From: Escherichia coli
GTDB taxonomy: Bacteria; Pseudomonadota; Gammaproteobacteria; Enterobacterales; Enterobacteriaceae
Reading direction: 5' to 3' (one strand)
Assembly: GCF_001677475.2 (NCBI RefSeq)
Contig: NZ_CP015229.1
DNA length: 64,000 bases
Shown here piece after piece: positions 13,415 through 26,555 of the stretch (the stretch's first letter is position 1; each line of letters starts with the position of its first letter). Under the pieces are notes generated by a model. The model ran no database searches. It saw nothing but the letters and a program-made list of their open reading frames with translations, and was not told where the DNA came from. The translations under genes were made by a program, and so were the position numbers.

Positions 13415-15559
13415 GTGTCCCGTATTATTATGCTGATCCCTACCGGAACCAGCGTCGGTCTGACCAGCGTCAGCCTTGGCGTGATCCGTGCAATGGAACG
13501 CAAAGGCGTTCGTCTGAGCGTTTTCAAACCTATCGCTCAGCCGCGTACCGGTGGCGATGCGCCCGATCAGACTACGACTATCGTGCGTGCGAACTCTTCC
13601 ACCACGACGGCCGCTGAACCGCTGAAAATGAGCTACGTTGAAGGTCTGCTTTCCAGCAATCAGAAAGATGTGCTGATGGAAGAGATCGTCGCAAACTACC
13701 ACGCTAACACCAAAGACGCTGAAGTCGTTCTGGTTGAAGGTCTGGTCCCGACACGTAAGCACCAGTTTGCCCAGTCTCTGAACTACGAAATCGCTAAAAC
13801 GCTGAATGCGGAAATCGTCTTCGTTATGTCTCAGGGCACTGACACCCCGGAACAGCTGAAAGAGCGTATCGAACTGACCCGCAACAGCTTCGGCGGTGCC
13901 AAAAACACCAACATCACCGGCGTTATCGTTAACAAACTGAATGCACCGGTTGATGAACAGGGTCGTACTCGCCCGGATCTGTCCGAGATTTTCGACGACT
14001 CTTCCAAAGCTAAAGTAAACAATGTTGATCCGGCGAAGCTGCAAGAATCCAGCCCGCTGCCGGTTCTCGGCGCTGTGCCGTGGAGCTTTGACCTGATCGC
14101 GACTCGTGCGATCGATATGGCTCGCCACCTGAATGCGACCATCATCAACGAAGGCGACATCAATACTCGCCGCGTTAAATCCGTCACTTTCTGCGCACGC
14201 AGCATTCCGCACATGCTGGAGCACTTCCGTGCCGGTTCTCTGCTGGTGACTTCCGCAGACCGCCCTGACGTGCTGGTTGCCGCTTGCCTGGCTGCCATGA
14301 ACGGCGTAGAAATCGCTGCCCTGCTGCTGACTGGCGGCTACGAAATGGACGCGCGCATTTCTAAACTGTGCGAACGTGCTTTCGCTACCGGCCTGCCGGT
14401 ATTTATGGTGAACACCAATACCTGGCAGACTTCTCTGAGCCTGCAGAGCTTCAACCTGGAAGTTCCGGTTGACGATCACGAGCGTATCGAGAAAGTTCAG
14501 GAATACGTTGCTAACTACATCAACGCTGACTGGATCGATTCTCTGACTGCCACTTCTGAGCGCAGCCGTCGTCTGTCTCCGCCAGCGTTCCGTTATCAGC
14601 TGACTGAACTTGCGCGCAAAGCGGGCAAACGTATTGTTCTGCCGGAAGGTGACGAACCGCGTACCGTTAAAGCAGCCGCTATCTGTGCTGAACGTGGTAT
14701 CGCAACTTGCGTACTGCTGGGTAATCCGGCAGAGATCAACCGTGTTGCAGCGTCTCAGGGTGTAGAACTGGGTGCAGGCATTGAAATCGTTGATCCAGAA
14801 GTGGTTCGCGAAAGCTATGTTGGTCGTCTGGTCGAACTGCGTAAGAACAAAGGCATGACCGAAACCGTTGCCCGCGAACAGCTGGAAGATAACGTGGTTC
14901 TCGGTACGCTGATGCTGGAACAGGACGAAGTTGATGGTCTGGTTTCCGGTGCTGTTCACACCACCGCAAACACCATCCGTCCGCCGCTGCAGCTGATCAA
15001 AACGGCTCCGGGCAGCTCCCTGGTATCTTCCGTGTTCTTCATGCTGCTGCCAGAACAGGTTTACGTTTACGGTGACTGTGCGATCAACCCGGATCCGACC
15101 GCAGAACAGCTGGCAGAAATCGCGATTCAGTCCGCTGATTCCGCTGCGGCCTTCGGTATCGAACCGCGCGTTGCTATGCTCTCCTACTCCACCGGGACTT
15201 CTGGTGCTGGTAGCGACGTAGAAAAAGTTCGCGAAGCAACTCGTCTGGCGCAGGAAAAACGTCCTGACCTGATGATCGACGGTCCGCTGCAGTACGACGC
15301 TGCGGTAATGGCTGACGTTGCGAAATCCAAAGCGCCGAACTCTCCGGTTGCAGGTCGCGCTACCGTGTTCATCTTCCCGGATCTGAACACCGGTAACACC
15401 ACCTACAAAGCGGTACAGCGTTCTGCCGACCTGATCTCCATCGGGCCGATGCTGCAGGGTATGCGCAAGCCGGTTAACGACCTGTCCCGTGGCGCACTGG
15501 TTGACGATATCGTCTACACCATCGCGCTGACTGCGATTCAGTCTGCACAGCAGCAGTAA
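13415..15559 (+). CDS. pta: Phosphate acetyltransferase
   Basis: 714-aa ORF starting at GTG (translated M; N-terminus [26 protein letters not shown]), C-terminal PTA domain. Confidence 0.97.
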   Translation: MSRIIMLIPTGTSVGLTSVSLGVIRAMERKGVRLSVFKPIAQPRTGGDAPDQTTTIVRANSSTTTAAEPLKMSYVEGLLSSNQKDVLMEEIVANYHANTKDAEVVLVEGLVPTRKHQFAQSLNYEIAKTLNAEIVFVMSQGTDTPEQLKERIELTRNSFGGAKNTNITGVIVNKLNAPVDEQGRTRPDLSEIFDDSSKAKVNNVDPAKLQESSPLPVLGAVPWSFDLIATRAIDMARHLNATIINEGDINTRRVKSVTFCARSIPHMLEHFRAGSLLVTSADRPDVLVAACLAAMNGVEIAALLLTGGYEMDARISKLCERAFATGLPVFMVNTNTWQTSLSLQSFNLEVPVDDHERIEKVQEYVANYINADWIDSLTATSERSRRLSPPAFRYQLTELARKAGKRIVLPEGDEPRTVKAAAICAERGIATCVLLGNPAEINRVAASQGVELGAGIEIVDPEVVRESYVGRLVELRKNKGMTETVAREQLEDNVVLGTLMLEQDEVDGLVSGAVHTTANTIRPPLQLIKTAPGSSLVSSVFFMLLPEQVYVYGDCAINPDPTAEQLAEIAIQSADSAAAFGIEPRVAMLSYSTGTSGAGSDVEKVREATRLAQEKRPDLMIDGPLQYDAAVMADVAKSKAPNSPVAGRATVFIFPDLNTGNTTYKAVQRSADLISIGPMLQGMRKPVNDLSRGALVDDIVYTIALTAIQSAQQQ

Positions 15560-15599
15560 TCTCGTCATCATCCGCAGCTTTGCGCTGCGGATATCGGAA

Positions 15600-15628
15600 C
15601 CGGAAATAGTGACTATTTCCGGTTTTTT
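15600..15628 (+). terminator. Rho-independent terminator of the ackA-pta operon
   Basis: ccggaaatag-tga-ctatttccgg followed by tttttt; an upstream second hairpin ccgcagc-tttgc-gctgcgg at 15572-15590. Confidence 0.8.
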
Positions 15629-15748
15629 ATTCTCTTAATTTGCATTAATCCTTTCTGATTATCTTGCTTAACTGCGCTGCATCAATGAATTGCGCCATCT
15701 CACTTTGCATACTTACCACTTTGTTTTGTGCAAGGGAATATTTGCGCT

Positions 15749-17269
15749 ATGTCCGCAATCACTGAATCCAAACCAACCAGAAGATGGGCAATGCCCGATA
15801 CGTTGGTGATTATCTTTTTTGTTGCTATTTTAACCAGCCTTGCCACCTGGGTAGTTCCGGTGGGGATGTTTGACAGTCAGGAAGTGCAGTATCAGGTTGA
15901 TGGTCAAACAAAAACTCGCAAAGTCGTAGATCCACACTCTTTTCGCATTCTGACTAACGAAGCAGGCGAACCTGAGTATCACCGCGTACAGCTGTTTACG
16001 ACGGGCGATGAACGCCCGGGCCTGATGAACTTCCCGTTTGAAGGGTTAACCTCAGGATCGAAATACGGGACAGCCGTTGGCATCATCATGTTTATGCTGG
16101 TGATTGGCGGCGCGTTTGGCATTGTGATGCGTACAGGAACCATTGATAACGGTATCCTGGCGCTTATTCGCCATACCCGCGGGAATGAAATTCTCTTTAT
16201 TCCTGCGCTGTTTATTCTGTTTTCACTTGGCGGCGCGGTATTTGGTATGGGAGAAGAGGCCGTCGCCTTTGCCATTATCATCGCACCGCTAATGGTCCGG
16301 CTGGGCTATGACAGTATTACCACCGTCCTGGTGACTTATATTGCCACGCAAATCGGTTTTGCCAGTTCGTGGATGAACCCGTTTTGTGTGGTTGTTGCTC
16401 AGGGGATTGCCGGCGTTCCGGTGCTTTCTGGCTCCGGGTTGCGCATCGTGGTGTGGGTTATCGCCACTCTGATTGGCTTGATCTTTACCATGGTGTACGC
16501 CTCACGAGTGAAAAAGAATCCTCTTCTGTCACGCGTGCATGAGTCCGACCGCTTCTTTCGTGAAAAGCAGGCGGATGTTGAACAACGTCCGTTTACCTTT
16601 GGTGACTGGCTGGTATTGATTGTCCTGACCGCCGTAATGGTCTGGGTGATTTGGGGCGTGATCGTTAATGCCTGGTTTATTCCAGAAATTGCCAGCCAGT
16701 TCTTCACCATGGGTCTGGTGATTGGCATCATCGGCGTTGTTTTCCGCCTTAACGGCATGACGGTTAATACCATGGCTTCATCCTTTACCGAAGGGGCGCG
16801 AATGATGATCGCCCCTGCCCTGCTGGTGGGTTTCGCCAAAGGGATTTTGCTGCTGGTCGGTAATGGTGAAGCGGGTGAGGCCAGCGTGTTAAATACCATC
16901 CTCAACAGCATTGCCAATGCCATTAGCGGTCTGGACAATGCGGTCGCGGCCTGGTTTATGTTGCTCTTCCAGGCAGTATTTAATTTCTTCGTGACGTCCG
17001 GTTCTGGTCAGGCGGCGTTAACCATGCCGTTACTGGCACCGCTTGGCGATCTGGTCGGTGTTAACCGTCAGGTTACCGTGCTGGCGTTCCAGTTTGGTGA
17101 TGGCTTCAGCCACATCATTTACCCAACCTCAGCTTCGTTAATGGCGACGCTCGGTGTGTGCCGGGTGGACTTCCGTAACTGGCTGAAGGTGGGCGCGACC
17201 CTGCTTGGACTGCTGTTTATTATGTCCAGCGTCGTAGTGATCGGCGCTCAGTTGATGGGCTACCACTAA
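15749..17269 (+). CDS. yfcC: YfcC-family inner-membrane transporter (putative C4-dicarboxylate/anaerobic carrier-like)
   Basis: Polytopic membrane ORF; ORF track starts at 15728 (513 aa) but the ATG at 15749 (MSAITESKP, 506 aa) matches the known N-terminus. Confidence 0.86.
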   Translation: MSAITESKPTRRWAMPDTLVIIFFVAILTSLATWVVPVGMFDSQEVQYQVDGQTKTRKVVDPHSFRILTNEAGEPEYHRVQLFTTGDERPGLMNFPFEGLTSGSKYGTAVGIIMFMLVIGGAFGIVMRTGTIDNGILALIRHTRGNEILFIPALFILFSLGGAVFGMGEEAVAFAIIIAPLMVRLGYDSITTVLVTYIATQIGFASSWMNPFCVVVAQGIAGVPVLSGSGLRIVVWVIATLIGLIFTMVYASRVKKNPLLSRVHESDRFFREKQADVEQRPFTFGDWLVLIVLTAVMVWVIWGVIVNAWFIPEIASQFFTMGLVIGIIGVVFRLNGMTVNTMASSFTEGARMMIAPALLVGFAKGILLLVGNGEAGEASVLNTILNSIANAISGLDNAVAAWFMLLFQAVFNFFVTSGSGQAALTMPLLAPLGDLVGVNRQVTVLAFQFGDGFSHIIYPTSASLMATLGVCRVDFRNWLKVGATLLGLLFIMSSVVVIGAQLMGYH

Positions 17270-17276
17270 AAATGTT

Positions 17277-17302
17277 AAGAGCCGCAATTGCGGCTCTTTT
17301 TT
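17277..17302. terminator. Bidirectional rho-independent terminator between convergent yfcC and yfcD
   Basis: aagagccgc-aatt-gcggctctt with T-run on plus and A-run on the 5' side. Confidence 0.8.
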
Positions 17303-17844
17303 CATTCTGCCGTTTCAGTCTCTACGGCTTCATTTTTGGCATTGCGCTTCATCCACAACGCCAGCGCTTTCAGCGAGTCTGGAGTGAACTCATCGCAGCG
17401 TGCGGTGATTTCTTCCGGCGTCAGCCAGCAAACTTCACTGACTTCATCTTCCTGTAGGGCGAAGGGACCGTGAGAGACGCAGCTGAACAATGCGCCCCAG
17501 ACACGGCAATTTTTATCTTCGAAATAGAACTGCCCGTGCTCGGCAAAGGGGACACCGGCAATGCCCAACTCTTCTTCCGCTTCGCGGCGCGCGGATTCCA
17601 GCAGTTGCTCATCGGCCTGGACTACACCGCCTGCGGTCGCATCTAACATGCCGGGTAAAAAGTCTTTTGTCTCGGTACGACGCTGGACCAGAATTTTGCC
17701 CATGCCATCATGCACGACGATGTAAGTTGCACGATGACGCAGACACTGTGCCCGCATTTGTTCCCGGCTGGCTTGTGCAATGACTTCATTCTCTTCATTG
17801 ACAATATCCACCCATTCAGTACTTGCCAAACGACGCTGTTCCAT
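17302..17844 (-). CDS. yfcD: Nudix hydrolase
   Basis: 180-aa ORF containing a Nudix box ([23 protein letters not shown]). Confidence 0.9.
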
Positions 17845-17901
17845 TATCAGGAAACCTTCTTTTTCTGGCGCTCTTACGGCGCATTTTGAGTTGTGGGTAA
17901 A

Positions 17902-18456
17902 TTACGGATTAATCGCGACCTGCGCAATGATACTTTGATCATTGAGTGCGATTACACTAAGTACGTCATTATCCAGCATGCCATAACTCGCCGGATGACC
18001 GCCTTTAGGAATACTCACCGAGCCGGGGTTGAAGTGGAAAATCTCCCCCCGCTGTTCTGCCACTGGCAGATGGGTATGACCGTACACCAGCACATCGTTC
18101 TGGTTTAAAGCAGGTAGATTTTCCGGGCCAAAAAGATGACCATGCGTCAAAAACAGACGTTGTTTTTCCAGTAATACCTGTTGCCACGGCGCGGTTATCG
18201 GGAAATGCAGCAGCATTTGATCCACTTCGCTGTCGCAGTTGCCGCGCACAGCGATAACCTTATGTGCCACTTCATTAAGCCGTTCAGCGACTTTGGCTGG
18301 CGCGTAACCCTCCGGTAAAGCATTACGCGGGCCGTGATTCAACACGTCGCCAAGGATCACCAGCCACTGGGCACCGCTTTGGGCAAACAACTCCAGAACA
18401 CGTTCCGTCGCCGGTAACGACCCATGAATGTCCGATGCAAACATCAGTTTCATCAC
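17902..18456 (-). CDS. yfcE: Mn-dependent phosphodiesterase (calcineurin-like metallophosphatase)
   Basis: 184-aa ORF with DxH...GD...GNxD...GH metallophosphatase motifs (ASDIHGS, ILGDVLNHGPRN, VRGNCD, THGHLF). Confidence 0.9.
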   Translation of the reverse strand: MMKLMFASDIHGSLPATERVLELFAQSGAQWLVILGDVLNHGPRNALPEGYAPAKVAERLNEVAHKVIAVRGNCDSEVDQMLLHFPITAPWQQVLLEKQRLFLTHGHLFGPENLPALNQNDVLVYGHTHLPVAEQRGEIFHFNPGSVSIPKGGHPASYGMLDNDVLSVIALNDQSIIAQVAINP

Positions 18457-18459
18457 TCA

Positions 18460-19936
<1,477 letters not shown>

Positions 19937-19992
19937 CAGAAACAGGTTCTCGTGTATTATTTCATCCTAAGTAAAACAACGGAGAACCTGCA

Positions 19993-20355
19993 ATGGCACA
20001 ACCTGCCGCTATTATTCGTATAAAGAACCTTCGTTTACGTACGTTTATCGGAATTAAGGAAGAAGAAATTAACAACCGTCAGGATATTGTTATCAATGTG
20101 ACGATCCACTACCCCGCCGATAAAGCGCGCACTAGCGAAGATATCAACGATGCGCTGAATTATCGCACTGTAACGAAAAACATTATTCAGCATGTAGAGA
20201 ATAACCGTTTCTCTTTGCTGGAAAAATTAACTCAGGATGTGCTCGATATCGCACGTGAACATCACTGGGTGACGTATGCTGAAGTGGAGATCGATAAACT
20301 GCACGCGCTGCGCTACGCTGATTCGGTATCCATGACCTTAAGCTGGCAGCGTTAA
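19993..20355 (+). CDS. folX: Dihydroneopterin triphosphate 2'-epimerase
   Basis: 120-aa ORF of the FolB/FolX fold ([21 protein letters not shown]). Confidence 0.92.
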
Positions 20356-20375
20356 CCGCCATATCGGGAGGCTGC

Positions 20376-21269
20376 ATGAACATAGTGATCACCGGAGGGA
20401 CGGGATTAATTGGTCGCCATTTGATTCCACGTTTGCTGGAGCTGGGCCATCAAATCACGGTAGTGACGCGTAACCCGCAGAAAGCCAGTTCCGTTCTCGG
20501 CCCTCGGGTGACACTATGGCAAGGGCTTGCCGATCAAAGCAACCTCAACGGCGTTGATGCGGTAATCCACCTGGTCGGAGAACCGATTGCTGATAAACGC
20601 TGGACTCACGAGCAAAAAGAGCGTCTCTGCCAAAGCCGCTGGAATATCACGCAAAAACTGGTCGATTTGATTAATGCCAGCGACACGCCACCGTCGGTAC
20701 TCATTTCCGGCTCAGCAACGGGCTATTATGGCGACTTAGGTGAAGTGGTGGTTACCGAAGAGGAACCGCCGCATAACGAATTTACCCATAAACTCTGCGC
20801 CCGCTGGGAAGAAATTGCCTGCCGGGCGCAAAGTGACAAAACGCGAGTGTGCCTGCTGCGTACCGGCGTAGTGCTGGCACCGGATGGCGGTATTCTCCGT
20901 AAAATGCTGCCGCCGTTTCGTCTTGGCCTGGGCGGGCCGATTGGTTCCGGTCGGCAGTATCTGGCCTGGATTCATATCGATGATATGGTCAACGGCATTC
21001 TCTGGCTGCTCGATAACGAGCTGCGCGGGCCATTTAATATGGTTTCGCCCTACCCGATACGCAATGAACAATTTGCCCATGCGCTCGGTCATGCGCTGCA
21101 TCGCCCGGCCATTTTGCGCGTCCCCGCAACCGCCATTCGGCTGTTAATGGGCGAATCTTCAGTACTGGTATTAGGTGGACAACGCGCGCTGCCTAAACGG
21201 CTGGAAGAAGCGGGTTTTGCGTTTCGTTGGTACGATTTAGAAGAGGCGCTGGCGGATGTCGTTCGCTGA
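20376..21269 (+). CDS. yfcH: NAD-dependent epimerase-family protein (SDR, DUF1731)
   Basis: 297-aa ORF with N-terminal Rossmann motif ITGGTGLIG. Confidence 0.9.
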   Translation: MNIVITGGTGLIGRHLIPRLLELGHQITVVTRNPQKASSVLGPRVTLWQGLADQSNLNGVDAVIHLVGEPIADKRWTHEQKERLCQSRWNITQKLVDLINASDTPPSVLISGSATGYYGDLGEVVVTEEEPPHNEFTHKLCARWEEIACRAQSDKTRVCLLRTGVVLAPDGGILRKMLPPFRLGLGGPIGSGRQYLAWIHIDDMVNGILWLLDNELRGPFNMVSPYPIRNEQFAHALGHALHRPAILRVPATAIRLLMGESSVLVLGGQRALPKRLEEAGFAFRWYDLEEALADVVR

Positions 21270-21316
21270 TGTGGTTTACTGCAAACATCCGCCAGTTAAC
21301 TCCCGGTGTTACAGGG

Positions 21317-22219
21317 TTAGTGGCTTTGCGCGATAAGATCGTCTGGTGAAAGTCGGGTCACCATCATAACTAACTCTCGGTCTAAACCTCTATCCAGCAT
21401 CTCCTGAGCAATACGCAGGGCTTCTTCGCGTTTGCCCAGAATTAATCCATCATTCCGCCCTTCTTCACGTAATCTGTCAGCAATAGTCATCAGTTTCTCC
21501 TTTTCTTGTGGTGCGCGTTCCGCTATCTCACCAATAAATGCACGGAAACGCTGGGCATCTCCCGTTTGTAATACGTAATTAAACAGGGCTTTTAGCTGTC
21601 TGTCATTAGTGTTTCCTGTAACTAGCAGCGAAACAATTTGGTCGACTAATCCCAACAGATCGCGCTGACGAATATGTTTCTGAATTAGCTCCAACAGCGC
21701 CATTTTGCGGTGTTGCATAATCTCGTCATCCGGCACCACGGTAATATCCACCAGCGGAAAAGCCGATGAATAAATTTTGCGGGCAATCGCAGGCTCGGCA
21801 AATTCATCAAGCCAGCAGAGTGAATATGGATAAGGGCTTCTGCAGCCATGATAAAACAGCATCGGGATCACCAATGGAAGCTCTTTATAGCCCGCATCAA
21901 GATGGTTTTGCATTGCCGCAATGGAATAACGCATCATGCGAAAAGCCATTAATTCTTCCAGCTTGCTTTGGTGCTCTATCACTACATAAATATAACCCGC
22001 TCCCTCCTGCGTTTTCACAGACCACAAGAGGTCGGAATAATATTGCCGCAGGTCTTCATCAATAAAACTGTTTGGTTCCAGTTTAAGCGTCGTTAAATCA
22101 CACAGTTTGCGCAGCGGCGCGGGAAGATGAATATCAATAAAATCCCGCGCGGTGTCTGGATGGCGTAAAAAAGATTTAAATACCGCATCATGCGGCGTGG
22201 AAGTTGTCGATATTGTCAT
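21317..22219 (-). CDS. rpnB: Rpn-family recombination-promoting nuclease (PD-(D/E)XK, transposase_31-like)
   Basis: 300-aa ORF with conserved Rpn N-terminus ([23 protein letters not shown]) and VIEHQS motif; former yfcI. Confidence 0.85.
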   Translation of the reverse strand: MTISTTSTPHDAVFKSFLRHPDTARDFIDIHLPAPLRKLCDLTTLKLEPNSFIDEDLRQYYSDLLWSVKTQEGAGYIYVVIEHQSKLEELMAFRMMRYSIAAMQNHLDAGYKELPLVIPMLFYHGCRSPYPYSLCWLDEFAEPAIARKIYSSAFPLVDITVVPDDEIMQHRKMALLELIQKHIRQRDLLGLVDQIVSLLVTGNTNDRQLKALFNYVLQTGDAQRFRAFIGEIAERAPQEKEKLMTIADRLREEGRNDGLILGKREEALRIAQEMLDRGLDRELVMMVTRLSPDDLIAQSH

Positions 22220-22415
22220 GGCGTTCCGTCACCCCTCAAATTTAAGATGACGCGACAATAACCACGATTAACACCCAATGCAGCAGGCAGTTTTTATCTT
22301 TGGACAGCGAATTCAGAAGTATTTTTAGCGGACTGCAACTTTTACATTTCAGCGGAAGCTGACTCGCAAATTCCCCTTGAAAATACTCCGGCAGCGTTAG
22401 CCACCGGAGAGGAAA

Positions 22416-23189
22416 TTATTTCAGCGATCCCTTAAGGAACTGTTGCAGACGAGGGCTTTGCGGGTTGCCAAATAACTGCTCCGGCGCGCCCTCTTCTTCT
22501 ATTTTCCCCTGATGGAGGAAAATGACGTGAGTAGAAACATGGCGAGCAAAGCCCATTTCGTGAGTCACTACCACCATGGTTTTCCCCTCTTCTGCCAGTT
22601 GCTGCATAATACGCAACACTTCGCCTACCAGTTCAGGATCGAGCGCCGAGGTAGGTTCATCAAACAGTAAAACTTCCGGTTCCATCGCCAGCGCCCGCGC
22701 GATAGAAACACGCTGTTGCTGACCGCCGGAAAGATGCACCGGATATTTCCCCTGCGCACGTTCGTCTATCCCGACTTTCGCCAGATACTTCACCGCCCGC
22801 TCGCGCGCTTCTTGCTTGCTCAGGCCCAACACCTGAATCGGCGCTTCCATGACGTTTTCCAGCACCGTCATATGGCTCCAGAGATTGAAGTGCTGGAATA
22901 CCATCGTCAGGCGTGTGCGCAGTAAGCGCAGCTGATTTTTATCGGCGACTTTGAGTTGACCGTCTTTGTCGCGCACCAGATTGATCGTCTGGCCATTGAC
23001 CACGATCGATCCTTCACTCGGTTTTTCGAGGAAGTTAATGCAGCGCAGAAAGGTACTTTTCCCCGATCCCGACGATCCGATGATGCTTATGACATCTCCG
23101 GCATTCGCTTGCAGTGACACCCCTTTCAGCACTTCATGTTCGCCGTAGCGTTTGTGCAAATCGATAACGTTTAATTTATTCTCGGACAT
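22416..23189 (-). CDS. hisP: Histidine/lysine/arginine/ornithine ABC transporter ATP-binding protein
   Basis: 257-aa ORF with Walker A (GSSGSGKST), ABC signature (LSGGQQQR) and Walker B ([11 protein letters not shown]). Confidence 0.95.
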   Translation of the reverse strand: MSENKLNVIDLHKRYGEHEVLKGVSLQANAGDVISIIGSSGSGKSTFLRCINFLEKPSEGSIVVNGQTINLVRDKDGQLKVADKNQLRLLRTRLTMVFQHFNLWSHMTVLENVMEAPIQVLGLSKQEARERAVKYLAKVGIDERAQGKYPVHLSGGQQQRVSIARALAMEPEVLLFDEPTSALDPELVGEVLRIMQQLAEEGKTMVVVTHEMGFARHVSTHVIFLHQGKIEEEGAPEQLFGNPQSPRLQQFLKGSLK

Positions 23190-23196
23190 CGTATTC

Positions 23197-23913
23197 TCAG
23201 TGCGTTGAAGAAGGTTTCACATGCTGCAACCAGCGTTTTTCCGCTCTGCGAAAGAGGCTGATCAGGACATAAGAGATGATTAAATAGAGCACCGCGGCAA
23301 TGCCGAAGGCGGTAAAAGGTTGATACGTGGCGGCGTTAATATCGCGGGCTATTTTCAGCAGATCCGGCACAGTGGCCGTAAACGCCAGCGCAGTAGAGTG
23401 CAGCATCAGGATCACTTCGTTGCTGTATGCCGGTAACGCAATACGCAGCGCAGAAGGCAAAATAATGCAGCGATACATTTTAAAGGTCGAGAAGCCATAG
23501 GCTCTGGCGGCTTCAATTTCTCCATGCGGCACTGAACGGATTGCCCCGGCAAAAATCTCGGTAGTGTAAGCGCAGGTGTTAAGCGTCAGCGCCAGCACGG
23601 TACAGTTCAGGCCACTGCGGAAAAAGGCGTTAAGGAACTCGGTTCCCTTAACAATCTCCAGCGTGTACATGCCGGAATAGAACACCAGCAACTGAACATA
23701 CAGCGGCGTACCGCGAAAAATATAGGTAAATAACCAGATTGGAAACTGGATGTATTTATTACTTGAGACGCGACCAATCGCCAGAAACAGCGCCAGGACT
23801 CCGCCTATCACTACCGACAAAATCAGCAGCCACAGGGTGATCGCCACACCAGTAAAGCGATAACCGTCGGTCCACAGCAGTGGTTTCCAGTATTCATGTA
23901 AGATTTCGATCAC
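23197..23913 (-). CDS. hisM: Histidine ABC transporter permease
   Basis: 238-aa membrane ORF; 4-bp overlap with hisQ stop. Confidence 0.94.
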   Translation of the reverse strand: MIEILHEYWKPLLWTDGYRFTGVAITLWLLILSVVIGGVLALFLAIGRVSSNKYIQFPIWLFTYIFRGTPLYVQLLVFYSGMYTLEIVKGTEFLNAFFRSGLNCTVLALTLNTCAYTTEIFAGAIRSVPHGEIEAARAYGFSTFKMYRCIILPSALRIALPAYSNEVILMLHSTALAFTATVPDLLKIARDINAATYQPFTAFGIAAVLYLIISYVLISLFRRAEKRWLQHVKPSSTH

Positions 23914-24596
23914 AGGTCAGCCCTCTTCACACCCACGGAGTAGCGGCGCTCAAGGAACAGCAGCACACCATTGGAAACGGTGGTGAAAACCAGGTAAATC
24001 ACGCCACAAACGATGGCGAAATAGAACGGTTCCCAGGTACTTTTGCCTGCCAGCTGCGTGGCTTTGACCACATCTTCCAGGCCAAGTAACGAAACCAGTG
24101 CGGTAGATTTAAGGATCACCTGCCAGTTGTTGCCAATGCCTGGCAGGGCGTAACGCATCATCGCCGGAAACATGATCCGCCGAAACACTTGCCCACGAGT
24201 AAAACCGAACGCCGTCGCCGCTTCTATATGTCCTTTCGGCACTGCCATAAAAGCACCACGGAACGTTTCGGTAAAATAAGCACCGTAGATAAAACCGAGA
24301 GTGATAATACCAGCGACCATCGGATCGATATCAATCTGCCCGACGCCCATCGCCTCCGTCACCGTGTTTAGCGCAATCTGCAAACCGTAGAAAATCAGCA
24401 GCATCAACACTAAGTCCGGCACGCCACGAATCAGCGTGGTGTACCCTTCGAAAATCAGCCCCGAAAGCCGATTTTGCGAGAGCTTACCGCCAGCGCCAAT
24501 TAAACCGATGATTACAGCGAGCACTACAGAGCTGATAGCCAGCTCCAGCGTGACGAGCGCACCCTGTAAAATAACACCTGAAAACCCATACAACAT
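23910..24596 (-). CDS. hisQ: Histidine ABC transporter permease
   Basis: 228-aa membrane ORF of the polar amino-acid permease family. Confidence 0.94.
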   Translation of the reverse strand: MLYGFSGVILQGALVTLELAISSVVLAVIIGLIGAGGKLSQNRLSGLIFEGYTTLIRGVPDLVLMLLIFYGLQIALNTVTEAMGVGQIDIDPMVAGIITLGFIYGAYFTETFRGAFMAVPKGHIEAATAFGFTRGQVFRRIMFPAMMRYALPGIGNNWQVILKSTALVSLLGLEDVVKATQLAGKSTWEPFYFAIVCGVIYLVFTTVSNGVLLFLERRYSVGVKRADL

Positions 24597-24625
24597 GCTG
24601 CCTGTCCTGTCGTGTGTGGTGAATT

Positions 24626-24665
24626 CCCGCCTCTTGTCTCCCTCCGGTTACCCGAAGGGAGCGGG
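24626..24665 (-). promoter_or_regulatory. Intercistronic stem-loop between hisJ and hisQ (REP-like mRNA stabiliser)
   Basis: cccgc...ctccctccgg-ttac-ccgaagggag...gcggg inverted repeat read directly in the 89-bp hisJ-hisQ spacer. Confidence 0.6.
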
Positions 24666-24685
24666 CTTTCTTTCACCGATGGCGA

Positions 24686-25468
24686 TTAACCACCATAAAC
24701 ATCAAAATCGAAGTACTTTTTCGCTAATTTCTCGTAAGTACCGTCAGCGCGCATTTCGGCAAAGGCTTTGTTCAGTGCCTCGCGCAGTTCGTTATCTTCT
24801 TTACGCAGGCCCATGCCGGTCCCTACGCCAAACAGTTTTTCATCTTTAACAGACGGGCCACCGAATTTGTAATCTTTACCGACGGGTTGTTTGAGGAAAC
24901 CTTCACTGGCAGCGACCTCATCCTGGAACGCGGCATCAATACGTCCGGCAGTCAGGTCAGAATAAATGTTGTCCTGCCCCTGATAAGAAACGATTTCAAT
25001 GCCTTTTGGTGCCCAATGTTCGTTACCGAACGTCTCCTGGGTGGTGCCCTGCAATACGCCTACCCGTTTGCCTTTCAGCGACTCGACTGTCGGCTGAATA
25101 TCGGAATTTTTCGCCACCACCAGACGAGAATCGGCAGCGTACAGTTTGTCGGTGAAGGCTATTTCTTGCTGACGTTTTTCCGTAATGGAAAGCGATGACA
25201 TGATGGCGTCAATCTTCTTCGCTTTTAAGGACGGGATTAACGCATCCAGCGGGTTTTCGACAAACGTACATTGCGTATTGATGCGCTTGCACAACTCCTT
25301 CGCCAGATCGATATCGAAGCCAACCAGTTCGCCTTGTGAATTTTTTGATTCAAAGGGCGCATAGGTCGGGTCGGTACCGATGCGGATGTTTTGCGGAATC
25401 TCAGCAAATGCCGCAGTTGCGCTGGAGAAGGCCAGAACCAGAGAGAGCGATAGCACCAGTTTTTTCAT
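24686..25468 (-). CDS. hisJ: Histidine-binding periplasmic protein
   Basis: 260-aa ORF with signal peptide; paralogous to adjacent argT. Confidence 0.95.
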   Translation of the reverse strand: MKKLVLSLSLVLAFSSATAAFAEIPQNIRIGTDPTYAPFESKNSQGELVGFDIDLAKELCKRINTQCTFVENPLDALIPSLKAKKIDAIMSSLSITEKRQQEIAFTDKLYAADSRLVVAKNSDIQPTVESLKGKRVGVLQGTTQETFGNEHWAPKGIEIVSYQGQDNIYSDLTAGRIDAAFQDEVAASEGFLKQPVGKDYKFGGPSVKDEKLFGVGTGMGLRKEDNELREALNKAFAEMRADGTYEKLAKKYFDFDVYGG

Positions 25469-25688
25469 AATGTCCTCAACTGACAGTCTTTTTATAGGGA
25501 ATATTTACAGGTTTGTTACACTTATCGTGCCATAAAATTGACCATCAAGGCAAAATATCCCGCCCCGTTAGATGTATTATTTTTCATTAAAAATGCTTAA
25601 GTATGCATTTCAATGCACCACGATAGTGCAACAAACCTGGCGTGCACCATGATGATCATTCCATCAGGTACAGCTTCCCAGCGACGTA

Positions 25689-26471
25689 TCAGTCACCGTA
25701 GACATTAAAGTCGAAATACTTTTTCGCCATCTTGTCGTAGGTGCCATCCTGACGCAGCTCGCCAAGCGCCTTATTAAACGCAGCCGTCAGTTCAGCATCA
25801 TCTTTACGTAGCCCTACACCGGTGCCGTCACCGAAGTATTTTTTGTCTTTCACTGATGAGCCAGCAAAGGCGAACTCTTTACCGGCGGGTTGCTTGAGGA
25901 ATCCTTCGCTGGCAGCAACCTCATCTTGTAACGCAGCATCCAGACGTCCTGCAGCCAGATCGGAATAGACCAAATCCTGGTTGGCATAGGCCACCACATC
26001 CACGCCTTTGCTACGCCAGGTCTCGTTAGCGTAAGCTTCCTGGGTTGATCCCTGCAGCACACCCACATGTTTACCTTTCAGTGAATCCAGCGTTGGCTGA
26101 ATCGGTGAACCTTTGGCAGCAATCAAACGAGAATCTGCGGCGTACAGCTTGTCGGAGAAAGCAATCTCCTGCTGACGTTTATCGGTAATGGAAAGCGACG
26201 AAATAATAGCGTCGATTTTTTTCGCTTTCAGTGAGGGAATCAGCGCGTCAAAGTCACTGGCAACCCAGGTACATTTCACCTGCATCCGTTTGCACATCTC
26301 GTTACCGAGATCGATATCAAAGCCAACAAAATCACCTTTAGCATCTTTCGACGAGAACGGCGCATAGGTGGTATCGGTTCCGATACGTACCGTCTCCGGT
26401 AGCGCCGCATAGCTGGAAGCCGCTGCGGAGAGACCGACTAACAAAGACAGAGCGAGAATCGACTTCTTCAT
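25689..26471 (-). CDS. argT: Lysine/arginine/ornithine-binding periplasmic protein
   Basis: 260-aa ORF with signal peptide, about 70 percent identical to hisJ by eye. Confidence 0.95.
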   Translation of the reverse strand: MKKSILALSLLVGLSAAASSYAALPETVRIGTDTTYAPFSSKDAKGDFVGFDIDLGNEMCKRMQVKCTWVASDFDALIPSLKAKKIDAIISSLSITDKRQQEIAFSDKLYAADSRLIAAKGSPIQPTLDSLKGKHVGVLQGSTQEAYANETWRSKGVDVVAYANQDLVYSDLAAGRLDAALQDEVAASEGFLKQPAGKEFAFAGSSVKDKKYFGDGTGVGLRKDDAELTAAFNKALGELRQDGTYDKMAKKYFDFNVYGD

Positions 26472-26539
26472 ACATAACCCTCAAGTGAAAATGGCTTTTT
26501 TATGTTGTGTATTGTGTTGTGTGTTTGCAGGCTCTTTCA

Positions 26540-26555
26540 TGCAGGTCTTATGCCA
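26540..26555 (-). promoter_or_regulatory. Candidate sigma54 (-24/-12) promoter for argT
   Basis: Minus-strand reading TGGCATaagacCTGCA matches the TGGCAC-N5-TTGCA class with correct GG-to-GC spacing; about 70 bp upstream of argT start. Confidence 0.55.

Noticed and set aside
13343-15571. 742-codon open reading frame on the minus strand, antisense to pta and longer than pta itself
   Set aside because: No independent start context, no recognisable domain and a low-complexity Arg/Gly/Val-rich composition; it exactly shadows a highly expressed gene, so it is best explained as a stop-free antisense frame. The same applies to long antisense ORFs at 798-2240 (nuoCD), 12306-13346 (ackA), 27662-28270 (purF), 31822-32487 (accD), 39330-40238 (fabB), 45247-45840 (aroC) and 46096-47214 (prmB).
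21317-22219. rpnB as a possible insertion sequence or genomic-island marker
   Set aside because: Single gene in the conserved K-12 position, with no flanking inverted repeats and no integrase or tRNA nearby.
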